A DNA stretch of 64,000 nt. Source: Hydrolagus colliei (taxonomy: Eukaryota). Shown piece by piece: positions 1-13,414 of this stretch. The stretch covers positions 7,874,001 to 7,938,000 of the forward strand of contig CM068757.1 of NCBI GenBank assembly GCA_035084275.1, in the 5' to 3' direction. The translations under genes and the position numbers were made by a program. The notes beneath the pieces were generated by a model, which made no database searches, was not told the DNA's origin, and was given only the letters and a program-made list of their open reading frames with translations. How positions within the stretch are numbered: the stretch's first letter is position 1; every line of letters begins with the position of its first letter.

Positions 1-345
1 AATCACTTGTTATTAGTTATTAAGGACTGTGTTTCTACTTATTCACTTGTGATCCATATTGAATGAGACTCACTAAAGTATTTCTTTGCTGGGTAACTGT
101 TGCAGAGTTACAGAGTTAATCAGAGTTACAGAGAAATGTAATTAATAAATAAATACTGTATCTTTTAATTTTTGAGGTTCTGTTTATCTCAGAGTCTGAT
201 CAATCTTTCAAACTGTAGCAAAACTTCCCATTATCATCCCGTTTGTTATAACATTCCTCTTAGAAGTGATTTGCAGTTGCATCAAAGGGCATATATCCGA
301 TTGTTTCCCAATATAATTCAGGTAATATGTTTCAAAATGTAACCC

Positions 346-378
346 CAAAATGAAATGATTCATAATCATTTCATTTTG
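346..378. repeat. Perfect 15-bp inverted repeat with 3-nt loop
   Basis: CAAAATGAAATGATT-CAT-AATCATTTCATTTTG. Confidence 0.95.
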
Positions 379-1149
379 AAATATAGACCCAGACAAACTC
401 ACCATGTTATTCCTGCCATGTTGGTGTAAATTAATTTCACTTGTGCCTGTTTAAATTGGAAGACAAATGAATTGGGATTGGGCAATATCGCCCTCCCCAC
501 CACTTTATCCGTTAATAACAATCTACAATTTGGGGATTTTCAACTGTTGATTTAATCTCTGAAATACCCATTAAGATTCATATTTTGGATGAAGCAATAT
601 TGCCCCCAAAAGTTAATTTAATTTAAGAGCCACAGTAATATTCAAGGGATCTGATCTTCTCAATGAGGATAATGACTGGGATTTTGCCTTTTCAACTCAG
701 TTTTAGTTTTCTGTAACAATTGCATTAATCAAATAAATTAATTTCATGATCAAAATTAATTAAACCCCATAAGTATTCAATATCAGCAGGCATGTAGAAA
801 ATTCAATTTTGCCATCCTTTCAAGTTCTGTATCTCAAGATGGGCAGGGCTTCTACAACCCAATTTATTCCATATCATTACAAGTTTGTTGTACGTATCTT
901 TGGAATATAGCCTACTATTTTGTGTCATCTGCATAGAGATATATTTTGTGTTCAATTGCTCCGGCATCTTTATTTCTTCATGTTCACATAATGCTGGACT
1001 GAGAGACTCCATGGCAATGTTAAAGCACGGTGAAGATAATGGATATCCCTGTTGAGTTCCTGCTCAAATGGGATTATACTTGATAAAAATCCATTAGTGA
1101 CTACTGAGGCTTGAAGCGCCTCATTTAGTACATGTATTCTTTGCCAATT

Positions 1150-1550
1150 TCTCCCCTCCTTTTCTATACGTTTGAAGTCTTCCTTATGTGGGTTACACAG
1201 GTGTCAGCAGCTCACCTGGACCCTACCCAAGTGATTCTTCATGTGTGAGGCTGGACTATGAGTGCCAGAAGACTGTTTAAACGCAGAACGTGTCTTAGCT
1301 GAATCTGATCCTGTCTCCCTGATGTTCTCACATTTTCCAACAGGTGATCACTAAACAGTGATGAGAAGGAAGAACGCTGCCTGATATTTTTTATTTCTTT
1401 CCCTACCTAGCCAGGTTTAGTTGATTTGTAATGATTCAACTGTTGCCCTGAAATCAACTAGCTCAGCATAGAATCCAACCTGTGGTTTTGTGTTGTGTAA
1501 ATCTCAATCCTGTATTGAATAGTGCCTTTTGCCACAGGTCATCAGGGGAG
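1150..1550 (-). mobile_element. Old SINE-like repeat (third family); related copies at ~8530-8830 and, inverted, ~25945-26200
   Basis: Shared ordered blocks caagtga..atgtgtgag..gactgttt..ccaacaggtg..agtgatga..aagaac..aaatcaactagctcagca seen at both 1230-1470 and 8550-8790. Confidence 0.55.
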
Positions 1551-2670
1551 TTGTCAGATACGTGTATTCTTAAAAAGAATCTGTGATATATGCTATTCAT
1601 ATATCTATGAAAAGGATTCACTGTTTCCTTCTATCAGGTTACAGACACATATCCAGATGGACTTTGTCTGGCACTACATTGAGGGTGAAGTGGTCCATAG
1701 TTTAGAAGAAGCCTTACATCTGACTCAAGGAAGAGGAAATATTTGTGTTTCTTATTCATCTGTTTATGGGTTGGGTTCTGACAAGTGGAATTGTTTATAG
1801 AATGCCTGAAAACAGTCCTCAGTTCAACTCAAAGGTGGTAGTATATAATATGGCAGTTTCCTTCCTTTTGACAGTTTGTCCCATATTTCCCTAGGTACAA
1901 TTTAACTACTTTTTTGTCTGATGTAAAGTATTTTCCTGATTCTTCTATTTTTCTATTTTCTATTACATTTTATTTTATGATATTTACAGAATGCTAGGTA
2001 CATGCACTCTTTATTCTTGTAATCTAATTACAAGTTTAACAATCTTCAGAATTGACATATTGGGTAACACATGCTTTATAACTGCCCTCTAAACCCCAAT
2101 ATACATTCTTTAAATGACTTAAGTTTTGCTTTGTTAACAGTAAGGTTGATGATATTGTTCCATTAGCATTTGGTTTTAGCAGCAGCTGTTAGTGCAGATG
2201 TTGCCAGCCAGGGCTGTAGCATTGATGTATGAATGACGTTCACACTGCAGGATTAAATTTGCAATGTCATTACTGCTGCTGTTGTTAATTGCCATAAAAT
2301 TTTCCAGCGTACATTTGCAGTTCAACTGGAAACTGATATGAGTTCCTAACGGGTTAACAGATTCTGTTTTTTGCAAGGTGGTTTAATAAGCTTATTAATA
2401 CTGCTTAGAAGGTTGCAAGATGTTTTCTTATCTCTTATTGATTGAGCTGGTCATTTACATTCCAGTCTTGGTGGGGGCAGCACTTCTAATTGATGACTGT
2501 GTGTGTGTGTATACAGAGGAGCCTACATTGAAAATGCTGGGTTTATATTGTGTTGGTATGTGGGACAGATGCTGATATCTAGCCAACTTAGATATTATAA
2601 AGTAAACTTGGATATTGTAAAGGTGGTAAACTAGTTTCACACCACATAATTTTCTTTCACTAGAAGCAGT

Positions 2671-2691
2671 ATGAAATCCAGGGAACAAGAG
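2671..2691 (+). CDS. STK33: Candidate first coding micro-exon of STK33 (exon 2664-2691, ATG at 2671; MKSREQE)
   Basis: Acceptor ttttctttcactag|AAGCAGT-ATG AAA TCC AGG GAA CAA GAG|gtgagt donor. Phase 0, joins in frame to exon 3402. No homology support recognisable by eye. Confidence 0.5.
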
Positions 2692-3099
2692 GTGAGTTTT
2701 CACTCCAATTTTCTACCTTTGTATCTGGAGTATTGGTAGTACTTATTTTGCACTTGAAGTCTGGTTCTGCAATAAAGTCCATTTGTGCATTGGCATAAAT
2801 TAAGCAATGAAAGCAAAGAGAACAACTCCTTTTCAGTCTCAGAGTACTGTACCTCAATTCCAAAGGAATGTCTGTGCGAGACTGGAGGTGTTTGGAACTG
2901 TTGCAAGGATGTTTAGTTGATAAGACATTGAAGGAATAGGAAAATAAGTCGGGGAACTAGTCACACTATGGCAAAAAGTGGCAAAAATGGGCATAGCTTC
3001 TTATAGGTTTATTATGCTTTAGGGTTTAATATGATTTAATCCTAAAACATAAGAATGAAGCTAAAAAGGTTTAACTCCAATCTAATGAGCTGTACCATT

Positions 3100-3390
3100 G
3101 GAGTGCTATCCTTCAGATGAGATATTAAAACCGAGGAACTATCCACGCTCAAATGGATGTTGAAAGATCCCCGAACGCTACCTGTAAAGAGAAGCGAAGT
3201 ATCCAATTCAACAATCCTTCCGTTAAATTAACTTCATGGCTGTTTGACGTACTTTTCTGTGACAAAATTTGCTGTTGTGTTTGCCAAAAAATTAACCACC
3301 ACTACACTTAACAGCAATTATCTGTGAAGTATTTTGAGACATTTTGATGTCCTGTAATAAACATGATATGAAATGCTAAATTATTTATTA
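3100..3390 (+). mobile_element. Deu-domain SINE (5'-truncated, degraded)
   Basis: cttcagatgagatattaaaaccgagg..ggatgttgaaagatccc (Deu core) and L2-type tail tgtgaagtattttgagac..atgaaatgc. Confidence 0.75.
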
Positions 3391-3401
3391 TTTATCTACA
3401 G

Positions 3402-3518
3402 TTCAATTATAGTGTGTCTCAGGATATCAATAAAATGCCTTCACAGCGTGCTTCTGTCAGCCAGACCTCTGAGTTCAAAATCCCTCACACGAGGATTGGC
3501 GACGAATCAGCTATTCGG
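3402..3518 (+). CDS. STK33: STK33 exon (FNYSVSQDINKMPSQRASVSQTSEFKIPHTRIGDESAIR); alternative start ATG at 3435
   Basis: tttatctacag| ... CGG|gtatgt, 117 nt. KIPHTRI resembles the STK33 pre-kinase motif (KVPHIRI in human). Confidence 0.85.
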
Positions 3519-3975
3519 GTATGTCGACATTTTAAAAACTTGTACCTATGATACTCACTTTTCCTTTAAAACATGGATGTGCTCCCCTTGGTCTTTCTCA
3601 TTATCATAGTTTAGAATGGCACAATACATTTTTATTAACATACATCGAATACACCTTGAAAAGTATTTTTGGTATTTTCTATCCAACAAGGACATGCTTC
3701 AAGTATTTTATCGAATAAGCGTTTAAAATCAAAAGTGCTTTAGCACAACTGCAGATCAGTCCTAAGAAGTTATTACTGCTCAGAAGTGACCTCAGCTGAA
3801 TGTCAGGGCGAGATTCCCGAACAAACCATTTGCCTAACTTCAATTCTGAACCAATTCATCACTGATTTGAAACCTCACTCAAGTGGATGAAGAAATGTTA
3901 GTTTCTTAGTGTTGCAGACGAGCCAAGATTGCTAATGTGATGTCTTAAAAATTCTAATTCCTTTTTCTTTATTAG

Positions 3976-4116
<141 letters not shown>

Positions 4117-4413
4117 TAGTTTGTAATACCTTTGTATGTGTGTGGGGAATGGAAAAAATTGTTTTCTTTCATTCAAAAATAAATTTCAAAAGTTGAGCTA
4201 CTTAAATGGAACTAATTGTTTTCGTAGGGAAAGTCATCACTAGCCATACATAATATGGATCCTCATTTCAACCCTAATGCAGCCAGTAGCAAACAAGGAG
4301 CTTGCATATGCAGTATTCTCCATACAGATATTGAGCTATGAAATGTAATATCATTTGGAGAGCGTGTGCAATGTTTGGACTGGTTGTAGGGAAGGGATTT
4401 GTGGTGCATGTAA

Positions 4414-4575
<162 letters not shown>

Positions 4576-4799
4576 TAATGATTTCAATCTGATATCAGAA
4601 ATGTTTCTTTTAGCCAACATTTTTAGCCACTTGCATAGAGCAACGACAGACTTTTTCTTTTCCTCAGCCTGTAACCTAACCTATTAACTAAGGTGCCCAT
4701 ATCCTAGCATGCTCATCAGCTAACTATACTGTTTCAACAATTAAAGTATTAATAGATGCCACAAAGATGTTTCTGTGGACTTTTTTCCCCCTTTTAAAT

Positions 4800-4972
4800 A
4801 ATAATGCTAATAATCCTTGCATTTCGATATAGCGCTTTTCACTTCTTCTAGCCTTTTCAAAGCTCTTCACAGAATATAGTGTAAAGTGAATTGACCAAAT
4901 ATTTATGGGCGAAACGTGCAGCCAATTGTGCACAACAGTGTCCCACAAACAGACATGGATTGAAAATGATCA
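4800..4972 (-). mobile_element. SINE 3' half
   Basis: taatccttgcatttcgatatagcgcttttcac..ttcacagaatat..gtaaagtgaattgac..cagccaattgtgcaca is shared with many copies in the window. Confidence 0.8.
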
Positions 4973-5196
4973 AATTAAGGAAGGGCTTAATTTGGTAATT
5001 TTCAATCCAATTTGATAATTTTAAAGTGGAACTCTGTGCCAGTGCGTATTTATGCCTACTTAATTCCCTTAGCAGTCACATTTGCCTGAGTTATGCAGGA
5101 TTAAACAATTCTTTTATAATGTCTGTAGTACAGATCATTGGTAGCAATGGTATAATAGTATTTACAGACTGTTTTCATTGCTAATTAAAATTATAT

Positions 5197-5224
5197 TGTG
5201 TGTGTGTGTGTATATATATATATA
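5197..5224. repeat. (TG)n(TA)n microsatellite
   Basis: tgtgtgtgtgtgtgtatatatatatata. Confidence 0.9.
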
Positions 5225-6264
5225 GTAAAAATTAATTAACAACAACAACTCGCATTTATATAGTGCCCTTCCTGAGGAGTGGTATAATAGTTAATATGAA
5301 ACCACAGATGAGATGGATATAAGTAGCACAACTGGATCAAGAGCCTTTCCTGTTTATTATTTATCTACTGTTATTGTTCCTTTAAGAGTGTTGAAAACTA
5401 TCCAAATATTTTGAAAAAGTAGTTCTCTAATCTGATGTCTCAATATGAGGAACCCCGCTGCTGTGTGCCTGAAACTCGGGAGGCCTTGGGAAGATTTATA
5501 GACTGCTTGATCATTATGTCTTGCCAATGTGTTCTGCTGTCCATGGTTGATTACCTTATAATTTGCAAGTGCAGACCAGTTTAAACCTGCTAATAGCATT
5601 CAGTGCTGGCTCAGTGCTTTTTTTTTGGTTTATGCAAAGCATCCATATTCTGCAGAAAGTGTTTAGTGCATTTTTGCTGCAGATTACAATTTGTAGGCCT
5701 ATACAAAGCGTTACATGGGACACAGTTTTGTTGATGAGCAGATGGCATTGCCAAACTGGCTTTGTGTTTTTCCAGAAAATGGTCACTTTATCCTTGAAAT
5801 AGGTTTTTCAAACTGAGCTCAAGATGGCTGCTGCATTTGCCTACAAAAAAGCCACCACACATGATAGTAATTGCTGTAAAATTCTTGGATCTGTTTTGAT
5901 AAGCCCTATAAAAATATGATTTCTAAATAGATAAGTAATTGGCATTGATGGTTGCAATCCAACGCTAATGTAAGCATCACCAGCAATCTGCAACTTCAAC
6001 AGTGTTTGAAAGCATTTCCAGAACATGTCAAGAGAATGGCATTAAAAAAACACCAGCCCAGATTTGATGGACCATAATAGCCTGTTGCTGTGCTGTAACT
6101 ATGATTCTACTGCTTGAGTGACGTTTACTGTATTACGCATTTGGATGCGATAAACCAACTGCACTTGCAGTCCAAGCCCACTTTGACAGAAAGCTTTGAT
6201 TTTTATCAAAGGCAAGGTGTGGTAGAGCAGTGTGTACAGTGTGAAGTGTGTAGGCTGAAAATAG

Positions 6265-6633
<369 letters not shown>

Positions 6634-8924
6634 TGACTCTAATTTTCCAATTTCCATTAATTGAAAAGTCTGCATTTAATGAGAGATCCCAGTTAAAGTG
6701 GTAATTTAACGGGAACGACCTCACGTGTAATAAGAAAATTATTTGGGATTTTTCAGATTTTATACGTTCAATAAAAATGCTAATGTATCAGCATTGCGAG
6801 TTTAATTAACTATTTTTTCCCCCCCCAGTGTATATCATTTTAACTTTCAAATCGGATTTCCCATCCCCCAGACTTCCTTCATTGCAGGAGCCAGAAAGAT
6901 CTGGGCCATGGGCTTCTCTGTGGCAGTCTTCGACGTCACTGCAGTGGCATTGAGAGGACTGTGGGCTCATACAGGCTTGAGCCAAAGGTTTAGTTGATGT
7001 ACCAGCAACAAGGGGAACTGGACTGACATGAAAGCATAAGTTAGAATTTATTAATTAGGATCAGATAGTATTCTGGTATCAAGGACTGCATTTTGCAGAC
7101 TACTTCCTGTCCCCAATATCAAAGTTGTTGTCTCCTTTGTTGTATCACTTTGCTACGGCTTTCACCTCACAGTTCTGAAAGCTTTTGCTGCGAGAGTGCT
7201 TGTGAAATAATTTGAACCCAGTAGGTCAGGTTGGAGAAAATGTATGCTGTATTCTGCATATTGAGGTTAATAGCAAATGCAGCTCAGATGCCACTGACCT
7301 GACCTTTCAGATAGGCTTATTTGGCAATCTGCCTGCAGCTACATTTTGGGAAAACTATGCTTCACAAAAAGACAATAATGGTATGCAGCAGTTCTGTTCT
7401 TAAACTAGAACAGATAATTCAACTTTTTATTTTGCGTTTATCATTTAATTAATTTCTTATGGATTTGTCTGTATTTAAATTACCAGTAATCACAGTGAGT
7501 GATGATATATCTATCACTGTATTGAAAAACAAAAATCTTCTCAACACTAGGGGTCAGTGGAGTATTCAGTGATTGCAGTGTAAATCAGTTATACTGTTTG
7601 TAGCTTGAGTTCATTTTTTATTTTTTAGCTATATTTAGTGCTTTAACTCTACCTGAAGATCGTGTGCATTGTAGACTGCAGGCTAACTCTCTCTGTCTCA
7701 AGTCTCAACAAAGACATTTTGAATTGTTTGAGGGAATGAATAGTATATTTTCTAAATCTTTTTGACTGTGATCTCAGGTCCAGACCAAAGTCACTCTAAA
7801 TGCTCTTATGAATTGGGTGCACAAATGTGAACTATGTTCAGAACCAGATAGTGAATGCCATTGCATCAATGGAAATTGTCTGTACTTTGGGGGAAGGCTC
7901 TGGAAGAGCCATGGAACAAGTTGTGGCGTACACAAAGCAGTGGGATTTTGAATTACGATGAACATGTTATGAAACCGGACCAAAAGCTTTCCTCACAGTT
8001 TTAAATCTATTATGACTTGACCTTCAATTGATTGTAATTGTACTAATTGACAAATTCAAAGCTCTCAACAAATTGTGGGAAAAAAATGGTTCAGAGGAAT
8101 GGTCGGTGTGGAACAGTCACAGCCTGATGAGATCACATTGAGTAATATTAAGATAGTTCAATAGCACACACTTCAGGCATTTTAGAATGAGTTGGGTGCT
8201 TAAATATAGTTGAAATAAAAGATTTATTAAAAATTAAAAGTAGTGTATGTCAATATAGCAAGGATTTGTGCCAGATTACATAAAACCAAAGTCTTGGGGA
8301 AAAATACAGTGAACAAAAGTAGCTGGTTTCTAACATAGTATTTGGGCAAGTTTTTTTTAAAAAAAGGGATGCTGTTGATAAGTCATTTATATTCTTAGAT
8401 AGTCTGTCATTATTAATTAATGAAAAAAGAACCATGCATTCATGCCTGATTTTTAGTCATATCAATTTGAGAAACTGTACCTATGTCACTACGAAGCTCA
8501 GTCTTGTCACCAATTTCCAACAGTGATACTTTTCCTCAGCATGCCTTGCTAAGTGACCATTATTTATGTTTGAGCCATAACAGTGAATATGAACAGACTA
8601 TTTGACTGCAGCAGATCATTTATACAAGTCCAATCCTATTCCCACTTTGGAGTCCAGCAGGTGGTAACCAGATAGTGATGAAGAAGCAAGAACTCCGTTT
8701 TATTCTTACCCCCCAGCCCCTCCAAAGCCTTGAGTATTGAGGTATAACATTTTGCCATTGCAGCTAAAATCAGCTGATTCAACACAAACTGGCAATTGAG
8801 TTTGGGATTTTCCTTGTCAATCTAGCTGTGTTTATATATTAAAAACTGCTCTTTTGAAGTTACTCGTGGGTGCAAACTATTTCTCTCTCCTTGAGAAATG
8901 AGAGACCAAAATTTGTTTTATACA

Positions 8925-9052
8925 AGATTGTAACTATTTTTGACCACAAAAATACAGTAAATTCATTTTACAGTATATTCTGTGAAGCGCTTTGAGACAT
9001 CTCGAAGACATGATAAGATACTATATCAAATGCAACGATTATTATTATTATT
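8925..9052 (+). mobile_element. SINE 3' tail
   Basis: cacaaaaatacagtaaattcattttacagtatattctgtgaagcgctttgagacatctcg..ctatatcaaatgca..(tta)n. Confidence 0.8.
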
Positions 9053-9136
9053 GTGGCTCATGAGAACTTGGATTTTTTTAAAATTCCGTAGCTTCTTGAA
9101 TGTGGATCTTAACAAAATTGTGCTGTCTTCCTGCAG

Positions 9137-9225
9137 ATATTGTCCATCGGGATTTGAAACTGGAAAACATTTTAGTTAAGAACAATGAAAGCAACAGTGA
9201 AATTGACATGAAACTGAATATAAGG
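9137..9225 (+). CDS. STK33: STK33 catalytic loop exon (DIVHRDLKLENILVKNNESNSEIDMKLNIR)
   Basis: cttcctgcag|...AGG|gtaaat, 89 nt, phase 1-0. HRDLKLEN motif. Confidence 0.96.
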
Positions 9226-9811
9226 GTAAATGAAATGTATAGAAATTCTTTTTGAAAAAAGTGTGTGAATTGTGGGCTTATAAGGTTGATAGTTTCCTTT
9301 TCACTTTTTATCATAAATGATTCCATTCTGGAACAAATTTACGAAGGCCACGTGCTCAACTGTCAATTTATACAATTAATCCAAATACTACACTTCAAAT
9401 CCATGAGGGCATTGTGAACCTTATACATCCAATAAAATTCTTAATTCTGCATCCTCCACATCCCACTGGAAAGGATCTGATCTGGATCATACTGTGTAGG
9501 ACGAAATGGGCTCAGAGTACATCCTCATCACATATACTGTGAAATTAGACAGTGAAAAGTAAGCATGTTAGATAGGTGCTAGAAAAGCACTGTTGCTTTG
9601 ATGAAAGGACACAACCTTTGTACAACACAATAAATGTTGGATCAGATGGACCAGTGGATCAGATTCCTCCATCATTCGTACTCACAAATATTTAATTAAC
9701 GTCAACCATGTCCATGCATTTTACCCAGAATATAAACAATCTTAGAGCATCCATCTTCAAAGTCTGAAGAAGTCTAGAAGATAGGTAAGGAGTTTGGGAT
9801 AACCAAACTGT

Positions 9812-10295
9812 ACTAGGATGTAAAAGATGCCAGGATTGAGGGACTTCAGCTATGAGGAGAGGCTAGATAGGCTAGGGTTATTCTCTCTGGAGCAGAGAAG
9901 ATTGAGGGGAGACCTAATAGAGGTTTATAAGATCATGAGGGGTTTCGACAGGGCAAATAGAGAAAAACTATTTCCACTCGTGGGTGAATCTGTGACTCGT
10001 GGTCACAGATTTAAAATAGTTTCAAGGCGCAGTAGAGGGGAGCTGAGGAGAATTTTTTTCACTCAGCGAGTTGTTCGAATCTGGAATGCATTGCCTGAAA
10101 AGGTGGTGGAGGCTGATTCGATAACAACTTTTAAAAGGGAATTAGATCTTTATTTAGGGAGAACGGGTCTATTAGGCTATGGGGAGCGGGCAGGGCAGTG
10201 GGATTGAATCGCTCTTTTCAAAGAGCCGGCACAGACTAGATGGGCCGAATGGCCTCCTTTTGTGCCGTAAAATTCTATGATTCTATGATTCTATG
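9812..10295 (+). mobile_element. CR1-type LINE, 5'-truncated 3' end (ORF2 C-terminus, 3' UTR, (TTCTATGA)n tail)
   Basis: ORF 9827..10207 (SYEERL..LGLFSLEQRRLRGDLIEVYKI..TRGH..FFTQRVVRIWNALP) is the CR1 ORF2 C-terminus. It ends in attctatgattctatgattctatg. Confidence 0.95.
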
Positions 10296-10839
10296 TAAAT
10301 AATTGCATTTAAAAAATAAATTGTCTGTAATAATTAAGCTATGTGCTGTTGTTTAATGTTATTAAAGCTACAATGAAGCAAACATTTTCATTTTGAAACT
10401 GCCCATTGGTTATGTTCTAAGCAATTGATCTGAAATTGAACTCCTCTCTAATATGTTGGAATGGGTCTTACAATGCCGAGCTAGGGAATTGGATAGCCCT
10501 AAGCATCAGCCAATATGAAGCATGAAGGTACAGTACTGTACTCAAAAAAAATCAGCTCTGCCTTTCAACAACATGTTCAAACTCTGTGTGGTGGCCAGAG
10601 TTTCCATGCGCCTGTCTGCAAGTGTTCCTTTCAAACATATTCTTGCATATCCATACTGCAATGCTGCCAATAATCTACTGTAGATACAATGTCCTCAATG
10701 AGACCACTGCAGATGAAATGTTATATTCGTAGAGAGAGCACAGAGGATGAACAATTGATTGTACAGAAAATCAACACCTTGAATAAAATTGCTTTGTTTT
10801 ATTCTGTGAAACATTAATTGGGAATTTTCTTTGCCACAG

Positions 10840-10927
10840 GTGACTGATTTTGGCTTATCTGTTCAGAAGGGGGGTGTTGGCAGTGAGAATATGTTGCAAG
10901 CTACCTGTGGAACTCCCATATATATGG
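10840..10927 (+). CDS. STK33: STK33 activation segment exon (VTDFGLSVQKGGVGSENMLQATCGTPIYM)
   Basis: ttgccacag|...G|gtaaga, 88 nt, phase 0-1. DFG and TCGTPIYM. Confidence 0.96.
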
Positions 10928-12909
10928 GTAAGAAATTTCTATTGATGTACACTTTCCAATGTATTCTGTTCACCAGACAACATCTCAATTGATTTCAAAT
11001 AAATCACCGGTGCTTCGTTCAATTTTTAAATCTGCAAATTTTGGGGGGGATTAATGCCTTTGCTATACAAAATGAAAAATAATTTGGATTAATAGTGTGT
11101 GCGAATGTTGCTTTTCGTTTGTGGTGTTTTGACTCACAGTGTGAAGATTTGGCCTCAACTATGCTTTACACATGCATAACTGAGTAGAGCAAGGTTGTAC
11201 AAATGATGGAGCCAATGGGAAAGCTATGAATTGGTAATGTGTGATTTGGTGTTGCGATATAATTTGCAATCAATTAGGTATCCTTATTAATCTGGAATTT
11301 GAGGGATTTTGGAACATGCATTACAGTTCAAAAGGCTTTTCATTAAAAGTTTACACTTTTTTGCAGGCAGAGTTATGTGGAGAATTTGGGGCTAATTACA
11401 AGACAATCCCATCAATAAGTACAAATTGGCCTCTACCATATAAGAGCGAGTCTAAGTGTCACCCAATGAAGATAAGATCATTTTCATTGTACTCACTGCC
11501 TTTCATGTATTACTTTTATGATTATGAAGCACTTTTGTCACAGACAAAATTGACTTCACTTAAAGAATTGAAATCTGACGTCATTGTTGAAGATAACAGG
11601 AAATTAATTACTAGGTGATCGCACTACTCTGTATGTTATAACCTACACCAGCTTTTCAACAGCTCTTGCTACATATTGAACTTCAAATGATAAGCATACA
11701 TTTGTCAGGTTTTAAGTGTATTCTTCAGCATAATGCCTTTCAGCGGGATCTGCTTCTAAATATTAAATGAAGGTTTTGACTAAGAGCTTGGTGAGAAACG
11801 ACAGCTGGCATATTCTTGTGGTATTGGTTCAGCTCAGGACCCTTGAGCCTCACTGTTAGCAAGAAAAGAGCAAGGTCTTCTCTGAAGGTTTAAACTCAAA
11901 TTGGAGTTGAAAATGCAAGTTTTCTTTCTGACTGGAGGGAAAATAGAAGGCGATTATTTTTCATAAAGAGTAAACTTTCTTGAGTTTCTGGCATCACTAG
12001 TGAAGCTAATGCATAGGAGCCCAGACATGATGCAATTCTATAGTACAAGGATGCTAACTTGTGAGGTTGCGAACCTTCACTGTCACCCAGTGAGTGATGC
12101 TGGATTAGTAAAGATGAGTATTGCTAGTTGACTGGCATTCAATTATAGCCCTGGGAATATCCTATTGAGTTTTTCTGTTTGAATGTTTTGCTGTCAAACG
12201 AGAATCATTTTGTACTACAATTCATCTAATCCAATACACCCTATATCACATTCAATATCATAAGACCAGGGCCAATTGGAAACATACTGGGAACATATGA
12301 AAGAGGCAGACAGGAAATAGCAATTCAAGCAGTTGTACTTCCCCCAAGGTTCTCCTTTATACTCTAATGATGAATAATATGTTCTGTTGTTCTACTTGGG
12401 TGGATTGATTAAGAGAAGGTGAACCTTCTCCTCTTCCTCTCGCTCACCCTATTTAACTGATTTTTGCCTTGATCGCAGTATAAACCTGGTAATTTTCCAT
12501 ATGCTCCCGTTTCAAAAATGGGAAATCTGCACTTCTAGGATCTCAATTTATTTATAATTTTTTTGCGTGACCTAGAATAGGATTAAAAAGAGAACCATGT
12601 CCGTTTAAATAACCAATTGAAGCATCTGCTATTACATGGCTCAGAAGGCTTGTCCTTCCTTTCTGCAGGCAGTATGTATTTGATCAGAATTTCAAACCGT
12701 GGCCCTCTCCTGTTTGAACACTGATCCATGTACCTTTTTATATCACATATTGCATGCTATTGTGCTCAGTCAATTTGAAATCTTTAATTAAGATTAAACA
12801 ATGAGCATAGTTAATTGCTTTTGCATTATTTATTCCAGCATCTGCTTATGGTGCTACTGGTTCACCCGGGAACAGCCTAAAGTCCAAATCACCTCTAATT
12901 TTTAAGTAG

Positions 12910-13047
<138 letters not shown>

Positions 13048-13414
13048 TGAGCAGTCTTCAAAGGGATGGAAATGTTTTCTTTTAAGTGGTGGATGGCATT
13101 CTTTTATATTTAGAAAAAAAGTCTTTCTCTTCCTCCTTTACAAATTATACTCTGTCTGCCGGAGGTTGTGGTTTAATGAAAAATGATCTAGTGTGCTTAA
13201 GAGGAAAGTTAATGGATACATCAGGACGGAGGCTTCTGTGGGGTATAACCGCTGAAATAGTTCAGTTGGGCCAAATGACTGGTTTCCATGCCAAATCATT
13301 CTGTATAATTCTGAGAGAGCAGAAGAGCTGGTCCCAGTACCATCCAACACAGCCATGAGAAAGTGTGTGAGAAAAGCCAGGATGACTCTCTAAAGATAAA
13401 TGTACTGCAATTTT

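Noticed and set aside
9827-10207. 126-aa ORF as a host gene
   Set aside because: It is the CR1 ORF2 C-terminus with a CR1 tail.
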